64,000 nt of DNA from Saprospiraceae bacterium. GTDB taxonomy: Bacteria; Bacteroidota; Bacteroidia; Chitinophagales; Saprospiraceae. Location of the stretch: assembly GCA_020627535.1 (NCBI GenBank), contig JAHDGU010000001.1, forward strand, positions 164,670-228,669. The letters are read 5' to 3'. This document shows, piece after piece, positions 24,694-33,977 of the stretch. Below the pieces are notes generated by a model. It was given only the letters and a program-made list of their open reading frames with translations. It ran no database searches and had not been told where the DNA came from. The first letter of the stretch is position 1. Every line of letters starts with the position of its first letter. The position numbers and the translations under genes are program-made.

Positions 24694-26025
24694 ATGATTC
24701 ATTCTGCTACCACTTCCACGTATCTTCACATCGTGAATCTACCTGCATTTATCGCGAGACGTACCATCTTCCCTAAGGGAAAAAGTTTTGCAGGTTTCAT
24801 CATGCGCCTGGCCATCATCGCATATGCCCTGAGTATCGCTGTGATGATCATTGCAAGTGCACTCATTCGAGGGTTCAAGAAGGAGATTAGCCAAAAGATG
24901 TTTGGCTGTTGGGGACACATTCATATCGTCAAGACGACCAGCAATCGCAACTTTGAACAAGACCCTATCAAGCTCGACGATGCTTTTTATCCATCTCTTG
25001 AAGAGACAGAGTCTGTGAGATATGCGGAGGTCATCGAGGATGACCTCGAAGCTGATCCCATCTGGCGAGAGACCAAAGGAGGCATTCGAAAGATCCAGGT
25101 CTTCACCAATCTTCCAGGAATTATCGTCAGGGGTGATCAGTTTGAAGGTATGATCTTGAAGGGCGTGGACCGTGACTATGACTGGGAATATTTTGAGCGA
25201 CAGCTAGTCCATGGGTCTACTCTTGAGCTGCCTCGAGATAGCCTTACAGATCAGTTGATGATCAGTAAGACCACGAGCGATCGGATGCAAATCGACACGG
25301 GAGATGCTGTTGTCGTACACTTCATTCGCAATCGCAAAGAAGTCAGGAAACGCTTTCGAGTATGCGGCGTCTACAGCACAGGTCTCTCAGATTTTGACAG
25401 CAAGTTTGCCTTGATCGATATGCGCAAGGCAAGAGAGATTTTGCAGTGGGAAGACAATTGGATCGGTGGATATGAGGTTTTTGTAGATCACCTTGAAGAT
25501 GTCGAGCCGATCAATGACTACATCTATGGTGATGTCATACCTCATGATCTGTACTCGGAGAGTATCAAGACGAAGTTTCCCAATATTTTTGATTGGCTAG
25601 AGCTGCAAGACATCAATGAGTGGGTCATCATGGGCCTCATGCTCATCGTAGCCATGATCAATCTGGTCATCATGCTGCTCATCATTATCCTAGAGCGCAC
25701 ACAGATGATCGGTGTGATGAAGTCGCTAGGTGCACGGGACACAAGTCTGAGACGAGTTTTCCTGTACAAGGCTGCCATTATCATGGTGATAGGTACACTC
25801 CTAGGTAATGTGATCGGTATCGGTCTTTGCAAGATTCAGCAGTGGACCAAGTGGATCAGCTTGAATGAAGAGAATTACTTTTTGGATTATGCACCAATTT
25901 ATCTTGATCCCTGGATCATCTTGCTGATCAATGTGGGAGCCATGATACTCTGTTTGTTGATTTTGATCATACCGAGCACGTTGATTTCGCGGTTGACACC
26001 GAGTAAGGTGCTGAGATTTCGGTGA
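24694..26025 (+). CDS. LolC/LolE-FtsX family ABC transporter permease
   Basis: LPAFIARRTIFPKGKSFAGFIMRLAIIAYALSIAVMI (N-terminal TM), a large periplasmic loop, and a C-terminal FtsX 3-TM domain (MLLIIILERTQMIGVMKSLGA...). The ATG at 24694 is chosen because the track start at 24625 overlaps the tyrS promoter region. Confidence 0.8.
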   Translation: MIHSATTSTYLHIVNLPAFIARRTIFPKGKSFAGFIMRLAIIAYALSIAVMIIASALIRGFKKEISQKMFGCWGHIHIVKTTSNRNFEQDPIKLDDAFYPSLEETESVRYAEVIEDDLEADPIWRETKGGIRKIQVFTNLPGIIVRGDQFEGMILKGVDRDYDWEYFERQLVHGSTLELPRDSLTDQLMISKTTSDRMQIDTGDAVVVHFIRNRKEVRKRFRVCGVYSTGLSDFDSKFALIDMRKAREILQWEDNWIGGYEVFVDHLEDVEPINDYIYGDVIPHDLYSESIKTKFPNIFDWLELQDINEWVIMGLMLIVAMINLVIMLLIIILERTQMIGVMKSLGARDTSLRRVFLYKAAIIMVIGTLLGNVIGIGLCKIQQWTKWISLNEENYFLDYAPIYLDPWIILLINVGAMILCLLILIIPSTLISRLTPSKVLRFR

Positions 26026-26153
26026 GATTCTACTCTAAGTTATGTGTCTGTCAGACTTGCATGACGACTTTGTATAAGGTCTGATGAGGTATTTAACAGA
26101 ACCTTTCGAAGGTCATATATTAATCGATGGCCCAATCATGATTAACTTGGTCA

Positions 26154-26843
26154 ATGGTGACTAGAATTTTCTTACTGCTGTCTTTTTTGCTTGTATCCGG
26201 ATTTGCTAATTGCCAATCTTCTATCGAGGCATCAGTTTCAATTTGGTGTGAGATCATGAATCCTTCTTTTGAAGAGGCAGGTAGCGACTCAGGTCAATTT
26301 AATATGACTGGGAAGTCAGGTGAGTTTGGTCATCTCTCAAGCTGGACAAACTGTGGAGATGTCAATCAGTCACCTCCTACCTTGCATACATCTGAGGACG
26401 GGATATTTAATGTAAAGACTACTGCAAGTCACGGAGACCACTTTTTATCTATGGTTGTGCGTGATATAGAGAGCGTAGAGCGAATTTCTCAAAAGCTGAT
26501 AAAGCCGCTTGAGGCGCAGATGAGCTACTATCTAGAGCTAGATCTGGCCATGGCCGCTAAAATGAAGAGTGCAACAACCAGATCACAAGGCAAGGAACTT
26601 TCTTTTGATAGAGCCTGCATACTCAGGGTCTATTGTGGTATGAGTGATTGTGATAAAGCAGAACTACTGACACAGACCAGTTTGATTGAGCAAGAAGATT
26701 GGACAAGGGTACGGTTGGAATGGAGCGCAAAACAGGCGTGCTCACATCTTATTTTTGAAGTCTTCTACGACATCCCAGTCCTCCAAGGCTACAACGGAAA
26801 TATGCTCATCGACAATTTGAGTCCGATTTATGTCATTGAGTAG
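26154..26843 (+). CDS. Hypothetical secreted protein
   Basis: Signal peptide MVTRIFLLLSFLLVSGFANCQ. No motif recognised. Confidence 0.5.
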   Translation: MVTRIFLLLSFLLVSGFANCQSSIEASVSIWCEIMNPSFEEAGSDSGQFNMTGKSGEFGHLSSWTNCGDVNQSPPTLHTSEDGIFNVKTTASHGDHFLSMVVRDIESVERISQKLIKPLEAQMSYYLELDLAMAAKMKSATTRSQGKELSFDRACILRVYCGMSDCDKAELLTQTSLIEQEDWTRVRLEWSAKQACSHLIFEVFYDIPVLQGYNGNMLIDNLSPIYVIE

Positions 26844-26858
26844 CAGGACTAGCGAGCA

Positions 26859-27368
26859 TTACTCTTCACAGTCTCCATAGCACTGATCATAGATGGAGCA
26901 ATAGCAGATTTCGATATTTCCCAATAGCTCCGCAAATACTTCATGTGGTATGGGGACGGGTAGTTCAAGTTTAAGAATATCGAAGCTCTCTTGAGGTGCC
27001 ATCACCCTGTTGGAAGCATCACCGAAGGAAAGATTTTCTGGTTGATACTCTACGAGTTTTTGCAATAGCGTCTTGTAGTCCGATAGAACGACCCCTTCCG
27101 AGATGATATTGCAGCTTTTGATTTTGGCTGGGCCAACGCCCTTGTTTTCGATGGCAATATGGATCTCTTGTCTCCCATTTTTGGTAATGAGTCTGGTGGC
27201 TGTAGTGACATGTGGCCACACAGATCCCTCCTGCTGAGAGGCCATGATCTCTTGCTGTGACTTCAATATCTGCGTCTGCTTGACTGCAATGATCACAGCA
27301 CCGAGACTCATGAGCAAGGCCATGAAAGCTATGAGATCTGATCTGCTAATTCCTTTCTGATTTGTCAT
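26859..27368 (-). CDS. Hypothetical single-pass membrane protein, Cys-rich C-terminus
   Basis: The likely start is MTNQKG at 27368. One TM, LIAFMALLMSLGAVIIAV. C-terminal ...ICYCSIYDQCYGDCEE. No family recognised. Confidence 0.45.
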   Translation of the reverse strand: MTNQKGISRSDLIAFMALLMSLGAVIIAVKQTQILKSQQEIMASQQEGSVWPHVTTATRLITKNGRQEIHIAIENKGVGPAKIKSCNIISEGVVLSDYKTLLQKLVEYQPENLSFGDASNRVMAPQESFDILKLELPVPIPHEVFAELLGNIEICYCSIYDQCYGDCEE

Positions 27369-27419
27369 GATCAAATAATATGAAATGTGCCTCTCTTGTT
27401 TGCAGATTGTCAACAAACA

Positions 27420-27796
27420 CTATGCAAGTAGACCATCTCTTTGATAGAGTTTAATGGCCTTTTCAATCATACTCTTGATCTCAGAATGCAAGGCATCATC
27501 CAAGTACTTGATATGAAAGCAAGACTTGCCTTTCTTCATTTTGCTGAGTTCACTGGATAGATTTTCAAAGCTATCTGGATTTGTATAACTCGGGTAGAAG
27601 TAAAATCTTACATCCTTCTCCTTTGGCACGAGATTGGAAAATAAATACCCTCAACCATTTTCTTACCCTGTGGAGCCTCTATGGTGCCATGCACTTCAAA
27701 ATTTGTGGGCTTATCTACTCTCACTCTGAGGCTACTGGGATGGCTCAATAGCATCGCTTTGAGGGCCTCGCGTATCTCTTGCAGATCTTTTGTCAT
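27420..27796 (-). pseudogene. Frameshifted small gene (YdhG/DUF1801-like), split into track ORFs 27608-27847 and 27420-27629
   Basis: The upstream frame reads MTKDLQEIREALKAMLLSHPSSLRVRVDKPTNFEVHGTIEAPQGKKMVEGIYF. The downstream frame continues as (SNLV)PKEKDVRFYFYPSYTNPDSFENLSSELSKMKKGKSCFHIKYLDDALHSEIKSMIEKAIKLY. The frames join if one extra T is added in the run at 27638-27641. The DUF1801 assignment is a recollection of the family pattern, not a search result. Confidence 0.5.
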
Positions 27797-27827
27797 ACGA
27801 CGAATATAGCCCCAAAAGTCTTGAAGC

Positions 27828-29162
27828 TTACTGACAGCCCAGATCACTCAGACTCTGGAAGTCTGCATTGGGGAAGCAGTTGCCACTTGGAAGCTCCTCT
27901 GGTACAAATCTGTCTAGCTCGTGATCGTAGAGTGCTTTCTCTATGAATGTCGTGAGATCACTGATCTCTGACTCTGTCAATCCAAGAGGTGTAAAAAATG
28001 GACTGACATGATCAGATGGTACACGATCATTGTCTATCTCGGCATCATTGAAGTAACGTACCACACTTTCTATATCTGGGTGACTTGCGCCATGAAAGAA
28101 ATGGTCATTACCAAACAGGTTGTAGAGTTGTGGAACACGAAACTTGAACATGTCCTCCGCTCTGCCAGTGAATCCTCCTCTACCGAGGTTCTTTTTGTCA
28201 TCAGCATCTGTGAAAAGTGCGTCAGAGTTTTGCCAGAGATCATTGACTCCTAGCGCGTGGAAGCCATCGCTTCCGAGATTGGGCCCATTGTGGCATCGTG
28301 CACATCCCGCCTTTCCAAAGAATAGGGTGGCACCTGCTATTTCCGTCTCTGTCATGGCATCTTCGTCACCTCGAAGATATTGTTGAAAGCCTGCCCTTGA
28401 TGTGGTGAGACTTCTGATATATGCACTGAGTGCATGACTCAAGCTAAGATTGTCATATCGCTCACTCACGGGTACATCAGCAAAGGCCAAGTCAAATAAC
28501 TCCTTGTAACCAAGTTCTGTGATAAGCTCTTCATCAATGCTCATTCTATGCAACTTGATGCCTTCAATATTTTGAGACTCTATGGCTTCAAAGCCAAGAT
28601 CATTCACCTGTGTCTCTTCAAACTGTCTCCAGACATCTTCGAGTCCTGTGTTCACACCGCCACTGCCAAATTGTCCATTCCAAAGGGTGTTGCTCACAAA
28701 GGCACTATTCAGCACTGAGAGTGGTCTGATGCCTTGTGCATCGATCTGATTTTCAGCGTAACCGCCATTGAGCACTCGACCGTCTCCGTCATCACCAAAT
28801 CCTAGTCCTCCATCGGCAATTCCTTGTGCTCGACCAGGTCTGAAACCCTTATTGGCCACATGACAGCTAGCACAGCTGTATGTATTGAGACCAGCGGTGT
28901 GAAATGCTTCTCCTCCTATACCAGTTTCATGGAACAGCATCATGCCGAGTTCTACCTTCGCAGCATTGAGCGGATTCCGGTCATCTGCAGGGATGGCTGA
29001 GAGATCGACGTGATCTGGAAGGATATAATCATGATAATCACCGCTTGGAGCGGTCGATGCGATGAGGGCAAGTAAGCTGTCATCTTGTACAGACACCGAT
29101 TCATGGGTGCATGAGGATAACAAGAGCAGACTTGCAAGTGTGCTTAAGGTCAGATATTTCAT
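27828..29162 (-). CDS. Di-haem cytochrome c peroxidase family lipoprotein
   Basis: Lipoprotein signal MKYLTLSTLASLLLLSSC from the ATG at 29162. Two haem c sites, CASCH and CARCH, at CCP/MauG-like spacing. Confidence 0.85.
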   Translation of the reverse strand: MKYLTLSTLASLLLLSSCTHESVSVQDDSLLALIASTAPSGDYHDYILPDHVDLSAIPADDRNPLNAAKVELGMMLFHETGIGGEAFHTAGLNTYSCASCHVANKGFRPGRAQGIADGGLGFGDDGDGRVLNGGYAENQIDAQGIRPLSVLNSAFVSNTLWNGQFGSGGVNTGLEDVWRQFEETQVNDLGFEAIESQNIEGIKLHRMSIDEELITELGYKELFDLAFADVPVSERYDNLSLSHALSAYIRSLTTSRAGFQQYLRGDEDAMTETEIAGATLFFGKAGCARCHNGPNLGSDGFHALGVNDLWQNSDALFTDADDKKNLGRGGFTGRAEDMFKFRVPQLYNLFGNDHFFHGASHPDIESVVRYFNDAEIDNDRVPSDHVSPFFTPLGLTESEISDLTTFIEKALYDHELDRFVPEELPSGNCFPNADFQSLSDLGCQ

Positions 29163-29205
29163 GGTCAAGACTAAACGTCCTAACGACAAAATTAAGACCA
29201 AAAAT

Positions 29206-30474
29206 CTACGCGTCGAATTTTAATAGCACTTTTTCTATAATATCGCAGCACTCATGCAATTGCTCTTCCGTCATCACGAGCGGTGGTGCAAATCGTATGA
29301 TATTCCCATGAGTAGGTTTGGCCAGGAGGCCTTGATCTCTCAAGGCTATACAAATATTCCAGGCAGTCTTGCTCTCAGGGGAGTCATTGATTACCACAGC
29401 ATTGAGCAAACCTTTGCCCCTGGTCAGCGAGGCAATATTGGTCTTGTTCACTACCCCTTGCATCCTAGCACGGAAGATTTCACCTAGACGCTGTGCATTT
29501 TCTGCGAGTGCTTCATCTCTTACGACTTCAAGCGCTTCTTTGGCTACTGCACAGGCTAGTGGGTTTCCACCAAATGTGCTGCCGTGCTCTCCGGGCTTGA
29601 TGCACATCATAATATGATCATCTGCTAATACAGCACTCACGGGCATCATGCCACCGCTCAAGGCCTTGCCCAAGATCAAGATGTCTGCTTTGACTTCGGG
29701 GCGCTTTTCGCAGCTCTTGTTACAGTCGCAATTGCCACAAGTGGCTAGTAGCTTGCCGGTTCTTGCGATTCCTGTCTGAACCTCATCTGCGATGAATAGA
29801 GCATTGGCTTCTTCGCAGAGCTTTTTGGCGGAAGCCAGATAGCCCTCATCAGGGACGACCACACCAGCTTCTCCCTGTATCGGCTCCACAAGAAATCCTG
29901 CGATATGAGGATCTTGCAGCGCAGTGCGCAATGCTTCAATATCATTGTAAGGCACGAGCTCGATCCCTGGCATGTAAGGACCGTACTCATTGCGTGCATC
30001 TGGATCGACGCTTGCACTGATCACTGCCAGGGTGCGGCCATGGAAGTTTTGCTCGGCAAAGATGATCTTGGCGCTGTGCTCAGGGATGCCTTTCTTTTGG
30101 TAAGCCCATTTGCGGCATAGCTTCATAGCGGTCTCTACAGCTTCGACACCAGTATTCATCGGAAGAATCTTGTCATAACCAAAGTACTCGCTCATATACT
30201 TCTCATACTCACCTAGCTGATCATTGTAAAATGCTCTGGAGGTGAGTGTCAGAGTTTCCATCTGTCCCTTCATGGCTGAGACGAGTCGAGGATGACAATG
30301 CCCTTGATTGACGGCCGAGTAAGAGGACAAGAAATCAAAGTACCTCTTGCCTTCTACATCCCAGACATAGACGCCTTCTCCACGGGATAGGACGACTGGA
30401 AGTGGGTGATAGTTGTGCGCTCCGTACTTGTCTTCGAGCTGCATCAGTTCTTGGGAAGTCTTGGTCTCAATCAT
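29206..30474 (-). CDS. rocD: Ornithine--oxo-acid aminotransferase
   Basis: Collinear by eye with ornithine delta-aminotransferases: YGAHNYHPLPVVL, DEVQTG, ILGKALSGG, EHGSTFGGNPLA, LAKPTHGNIIRFAPPL. The likely start is MIETKT at 30474. Confidence 0.88.
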   Translation of the reverse strand: MIETKTSQELMQLEDKYGAHNYHPLPVVLSRGEGVYVWDVEGKRYFDFLSSYSAVNQGHCHPRLVSAMKGQMETLTLTSRAFYNDQLGEYEKYMSEYFGYDKILPMNTGVEAVETAMKLCRKWAYQKKGIPEHSAKIIFAEQNFHGRTLAVISASVDPDARNEYGPYMPGIELVPYNDIEALRTALQDPHIAGFLVEPIQGEAGVVVPDEGYLASAKKLCEEANALFIADEVQTGIARTGKLLATCGNCDCNKSCEKRPEVKADILILGKALSGGMMPVSAVLADDHIMMCIKPGEHGSTFGGNPLACAVAKEALEVVRDEALAENAQRLGEIFRARMQGVVNKTNIASLTRGKGLLNAVVINDSPESKTAWNICIALRDQGLLAKPTHGNIIRFAPPLVMTEEQLHECCDIIEKVLLKFDA

Positions 30475-30658
30475 AATCTTAAAAGTACAAAGTAGTCTTG
30501 CATACATCCCTGTGAAGTGTATCTTCCTATCAGATTTTTCCTCAACTCGATCAACTACTAGAAATCATCGACCAATCAAGCCATCCGCTGAAACTTAAAA
30601 CCATAGAAATGGCATTGATTTTAGTAATCCTTAACACTTTTTCAAAAAGCTAGAAACC

Positions 30659-31195
30659 ATGACAATCATCGATATTCTCTTTTGGATCTCCATCTTCAGC
30701 GGTGGTTTACTTGTACTGATGCTCTTGCTTTCTATCTTCAGTGGTCTTGATCTCGACATGGATGTTGATCTGGATACAGGTGATGGAGACGTCAGCCCAG
30801 GATTTGGTTTGACCAAATCGATATTGACACTACTCTCTGTCGGTTCCTGGGTCACTAAAATCATGATCGCCAAGGAAATCAATGTCGTAGTTGCACTACT
30901 GATTGGATTGGCGGCCGGTGGTATAGCCATCGTTCTTTTTGTCCTGGTCTTCAAATTTTTCTTGAGCCAAGAAGAGGAAGTGAATTGGGATGTAGCCGAT
31001 GCCATTGGCCAGAGAGCCAAAGTCTATGTCACAGTGCCTGCTGACGGCAAAGGGATCATCCAAGTCATGCTCGGCGGGACTAAGAGAGACCTATCGGCAG
31101 TATCACTTGATCATCAAAGCTTCCCTACAGGCGCAGAGGTCCTCATTGTGGATCGCAATGATGATCAGATGGTCGTCACAAATACAGATTCTTAA
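30659..31195 (+). CDS. NfeD-family membrane protein
   Basis: Three or four N-terminal TM helices and a C-terminal OB-like beta domain (GQRAKVYVTVPADGKGIIQVMLGGTKRDLSAVS...GAEVLIVDRNDDQMVV). Immediately upstream of a flotillin gene, the classic NfeD-SPFH pairing. Confidence 0.75.
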   Translation: MTIIDILFWISIFSGGLLVLMLLLSIFSGLDLDMDVDLDTGDGDVSPGFGLTKSILTLLSVGSWVTKIMIAKEINVVVALLIGLAAGGIAIVLFVLVFKFFLSQEEEVNWDVADAIGQRAKVYVTVPADGKGIIQVMLGGTKRDLSAVSLDHQSFPTGAEVLIVDRNDDQMVVTNTDS

Positions 31196-31225
31196 ATCCT
31201 ATCACTATACCAAAAATCAATCATT

Positions 31226-32776
31226 ATGAACACACAACTGCTCATTCTCTTAGGAGGCGTCCTTTTTCTTTTCCTCCTCGTAGTTATCTTTTTTGTCAGC
31301 AGATACAAGAGATGTCCATCAGATAAAATTCTTGTAGTCTATGGGAAGACCGGAGGTCAGCAAAGCTCTAAGTGCTACGCTGGAGGCGCCAAGCTTGTAT
31401 GGCCAGTGATTCAAGACTACAAGTACTTGGACCTCACGCCTCTGAGTATAGATGTCAATCTGCAGGATGCTCTGTCCAAGCAGAATATCCGGGTAAGCGT
31501 GCCGTCGCAGTTCACAGTCGGTATCAGCACCAAACCGGATCTCATGCAAGCTGCTGCCGAAAGACTTCTCGGCCAAACGAGATCTGATATCTCTAGACTT
31601 GCTCACGATATCATCATGGGACAGATGAGACTCGTCATCGCCAATATGGATATCGAAGAACTCAATACTGATCGCGACAAATTTGTCCACAGTGTGTACG
31701 ATCATGTCGGTGCGGAGCTTCATAAGATCGGTCTGGATCTGATCAATGTCAATGTCACGGACATCCATGACGAATCTGGCTATATCTCAGCTCTCGGAAA
31801 GGAAGCTGCGGCAAAAGCCATCAATGATGCTAAGATCAAGGTCGCCAATGAGGTCAAGATCGGTAGTATCGGAGAAGCTCAAGCCGTACAGGAGCAGCGT
31901 ATCAAAGTCGCAGAAGCGAACACGCAGGCAGAAATTGGTGAAGCCAATGCCGAGCAAGAGCAACGTGTGCAGGTTGCTGGTGCCAATAGTCGAGCTGAAA
32001 TCGGTGAAGCTGATGCCCTGCAGAGCCAGCGTATCCAAGTCGCAGAAGCCAATTCCAAGGCAGAGATCGGAGAAGCAGACGCGAGAGCCAATGCTACGGA
32101 GGGTAAGAACTCTGCAGCCATCAAAATTGCCAACTCTGATGCTGCCCGCGATATTGAGATGGCAGAAGCACAGCGAAAGGCAACGGCTGCACGCAAAGTC
32201 GCTTCAGCAAAGGCGCTTGAGGAGGCCTACAAGGCAGAAGAAGCAGCTGAAGTTGCTCGAGGCTTGAAAGAAAAGGCAAAGCGTGAGGCCGATGAGGTCG
32301 TCATCGCAGACATCGAAAAGCAAAAGGCTGTGATTGCTGCACAGGCAGAAGCGCAGACGCAGAAGGAAATCGCAGAGGGAGAAGCTGCCGCGATCCTCGC
32401 CAAGTTCAAGGCACAAGCAGAGGGTACAGAAGAGCTGCTCCGTAAGCAGGCCGAAGGATTTTCCAAGCTCGTGGAAGCTGCAGGTGGAAGCGCCAAAGAT
32501 GCAGTAGGATTTCTGTTGATCGACAAGCTCACTGAGTTGGCGAGTATCCAGGTAGAGGCCATCAAGGAAGTAGACATCGACAAGGTTGTCGTCTATGACA
32601 ATGGATCTGGAAAGGGTGTCGGCAATTTTGTCCAGGGACTATACTCTATGATGCCACAGCTCAATGACTTCCTTAACCAGGCAGGGATGAGTCTGCCAGA
32701 TGGCTTGATCAAGCAAGCTGAAGAGGCAGAAGAGGACGAAGAGTCTGAGGCAAGTGCACAGACACAGCAAGGATAG
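31226..32776 (+). CDS. Flotillin (SPFH/band-7 domain protein, FloT/YuaG-like)
   Basis: N-terminal TM, SPFH domain (KILVVYGK...LSIDVNLQDALSKQNIRVSVPSQFTVGI), a long Glu/Ala-rich coiled-coil repeat region, and a C-terminal flotillin-like tail. Confidence 0.88.
   Translation: MNTQLLILLGGVLFLFLLVVIFFVSRYKRCPSDKILVVYGKTGGQQSSKCYAGGAKLVWPVIQDYKYLDLTPLSIDVNLQDALSKQNIRVSVPSQFTVGISTKPDLMQAAAERLLGQTRSDISRLAHDIIMGQMRLVIANMDIEELNTDRDKFVHSVYDHVGAELHKIGLDLINVNVTDIHDESGYISALGKEAAAKAINDAKIKVANEVKIGSIGEAQAVQEQRIKVAEANTQAEIGEANAEQEQRVQVAGANSRAEIGEADALQSQRIQVAEANSKAEIGEADARANATEGKNSAAIKIANSDAARDIEMAEAQRKATAARKVASAKALEEAYKAEEAAEVARGLKEKAKREADEVVIADIEKQKAVIAAQAEAQTQKEIAEGEAAAILAKFKAQAEGTEELLRKQAEGFSKLVEAAGGSAKDAVGFLLIDKLTELASIQVEAIKEVDIDKVVVYDNGSGKGVGNFVQGLYSMMPQLNDFLNQAGMSLPDGLIKQAEEAEEDEESEASAQTQQG
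31868..32095 (+). repeat. About 3.4 tandem 66-nt (22-aa) Glu/Ala repeats inside the flotillin gene
   Basis: IGEAQAVQEQRIKVAEANTQAE / IGEANAEQEQRVQVAGANSRAE / IGEADALQSQRIQVAEANSKAE / IGEADARANA... Confidence 0.85.
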
Positions 32777-32800
32777 AACACAGTCGATGCGGACGTGTGA

Positions 32801-32830
32801 GGTCGGCGCCACTAGGCGTCGGCCTTTTTT
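32801..32830 (+). terminator. Rho-independent terminator of the nfeD-flotillin operon
   Basis: GGTCGGCGCC-acta-GGCGTCGGCC (10-bp stem including two G-U pairs) followed by TTTTTT. Overlaps the 3' end of the convergent coaE gene. Confidence 0.75.
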
Positions 32831-33411
32831 AGTTGAGTCAAGAGCCACACGTGGCACTCGAGTACCTGCTGGATGAGACCCTGAGTGCCATCATTGTATA
32901 TGACCCAATCAGCAAGTCGATCCTTTTCCTCTTGTGACATTTGTTGGGACATCCTTGCTCTGACCTGCTCTTCTGATAGACCATCTCTCGAGATGACCCT
33001 CTCAAGTCTGACCTGCTCAGGTGCAGACACAGATATGTTGTAATCCATTCGCTCGTGACCGCCTGTCTCAAAGTGCAGGGCTGCTTCATTGATGACATAC
33101 TTCGAGGTCTGGGCTTTCGCCCAAATGTCAAAATCTCTGCGCACAGCTGGATGCACCAGCGCATTAAGCCCTACAAGTAATTCTTGATTGCCAAAGACTT
33201 GCTGTCCAATGTATGCTCGATTCAGCTCTCCATTGTTGTCATAGGCATCGTTTCCCAATAGACCAGTGATCGCTCCTACAAGCTCAAGATCCTTGGTCAT
33301 CAGCCTCTTGGCCTTTTTGTCGGAAAAATAAATGGGTATACCCAATACCTCAAATACTCTGGCAACTGTAGACTTTCCTGCTCCAATACCTCCAGTGAGA
33401 CCTACTCGCAT
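32812..33411 (-). CDS. coaE: Dephospho-CoA kinase
   Basis: MRVGLTGGIGAGKST P-loop at the N-terminus; length and layout are typical of CoaE. Confidence 0.88.
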   Translation of the reverse strand: MRVGLTGGIGAGKSTVARVFEVLGIPIYFSDKKAKRLMTKDLELVGAITGLLGNDAYDNNGELNRAYIGQQVFGNQELLVGLNALVHPAVRRDFDIWAKAQTSKYVINEAALHFETGGHERMDYNISVSAPEQVRLERVISRDGLSEEQVRARMSQQMSQEEKDRLADWVIYNDGTQGLIQQVLECHVWLLTQLKKADA

Positions 33412-33420
33412 ATCAAAAGA

Positions 33421-33888
33421 CTACTGAAATAAGCCGATGATCCCAGCTCCAGCTCCAAATAGTATCATGATGAGAAATGTACCTCCATACAGCGCGAGGA
33501 AAATGATGAGGAGTACGCCTTGAAACTTGAAGTAAGATTTGAGATTTTTGAATGATTCGGTGAGGCTCATATCATCTTCATGCTCTAGTGCCATTCTCAT
33601 CTTGGTAGCAAACTTGTAGAGGTACAGATAAAACCAGATGAAAAGCCCTATGAAAAGCAGCATCGGGATTACCATCAAGATGGGAGCTACACCTAGTCCT
33701 AATTCACTAGCAGCACTGGCCGTGCCCATAATCGCACCGAAAAATAAATAAATGATAGCGATGAGACCGAACAATACAAAGCCCGTAATGGCAATAAACT
33801 TGGACCACTTGGCTGCGGAGTTGAGATATGTGCGTTTTTCTTGGTCGAGAGTCAGCTGTGACTCGTAGGAGGATTCTACGTTTTCCAT
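33421..33888 (-). CDS. Hypothetical multi-pass membrane protein
   Basis: Four predicted hydrophobic helices (FIAITGFVLFGLIAIIYLFFGAIMG and others). No family recognised. Confidence 0.55.
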   Translation of the reverse strand: MENVESSYESQLTLDQEKRTYLNSAAKWSKFIAITGFVLFGLIAIIYLFFGAIMGTASAASELGLGVAPILMVIPMLLFIGLFIWFYLYLYKFATKMRMALEHEDDMSLTESFKNLKSYFKFQGVLLIIFLALYGGTFLIMILFGAGAGIIGLFQ

Positions 33889-33977
33889 TATTGTTTGTTT
33901 AGTGAATTATCAGTGATGGGACATTAAATCATTGACTTGGACTCGTGCCGCCACACGCAAGGTAAGCAAATCACTCG

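Noticed and set aside
31746-32583. Alternative-frame and antisense ORFs inside flotillin (31746-32267 +, 31879-32196 -, 32227-32583 -), and likewise inside the TonB-like gene (54591-55085 -, 54754-55098 -, 54893-55135 +)
   Set aside because: They are artefacts of GAA/GCA/AAG-rich repeat regions that stay open in several frames. The annotated frames have recognisable SPFH and TonB-type domains.
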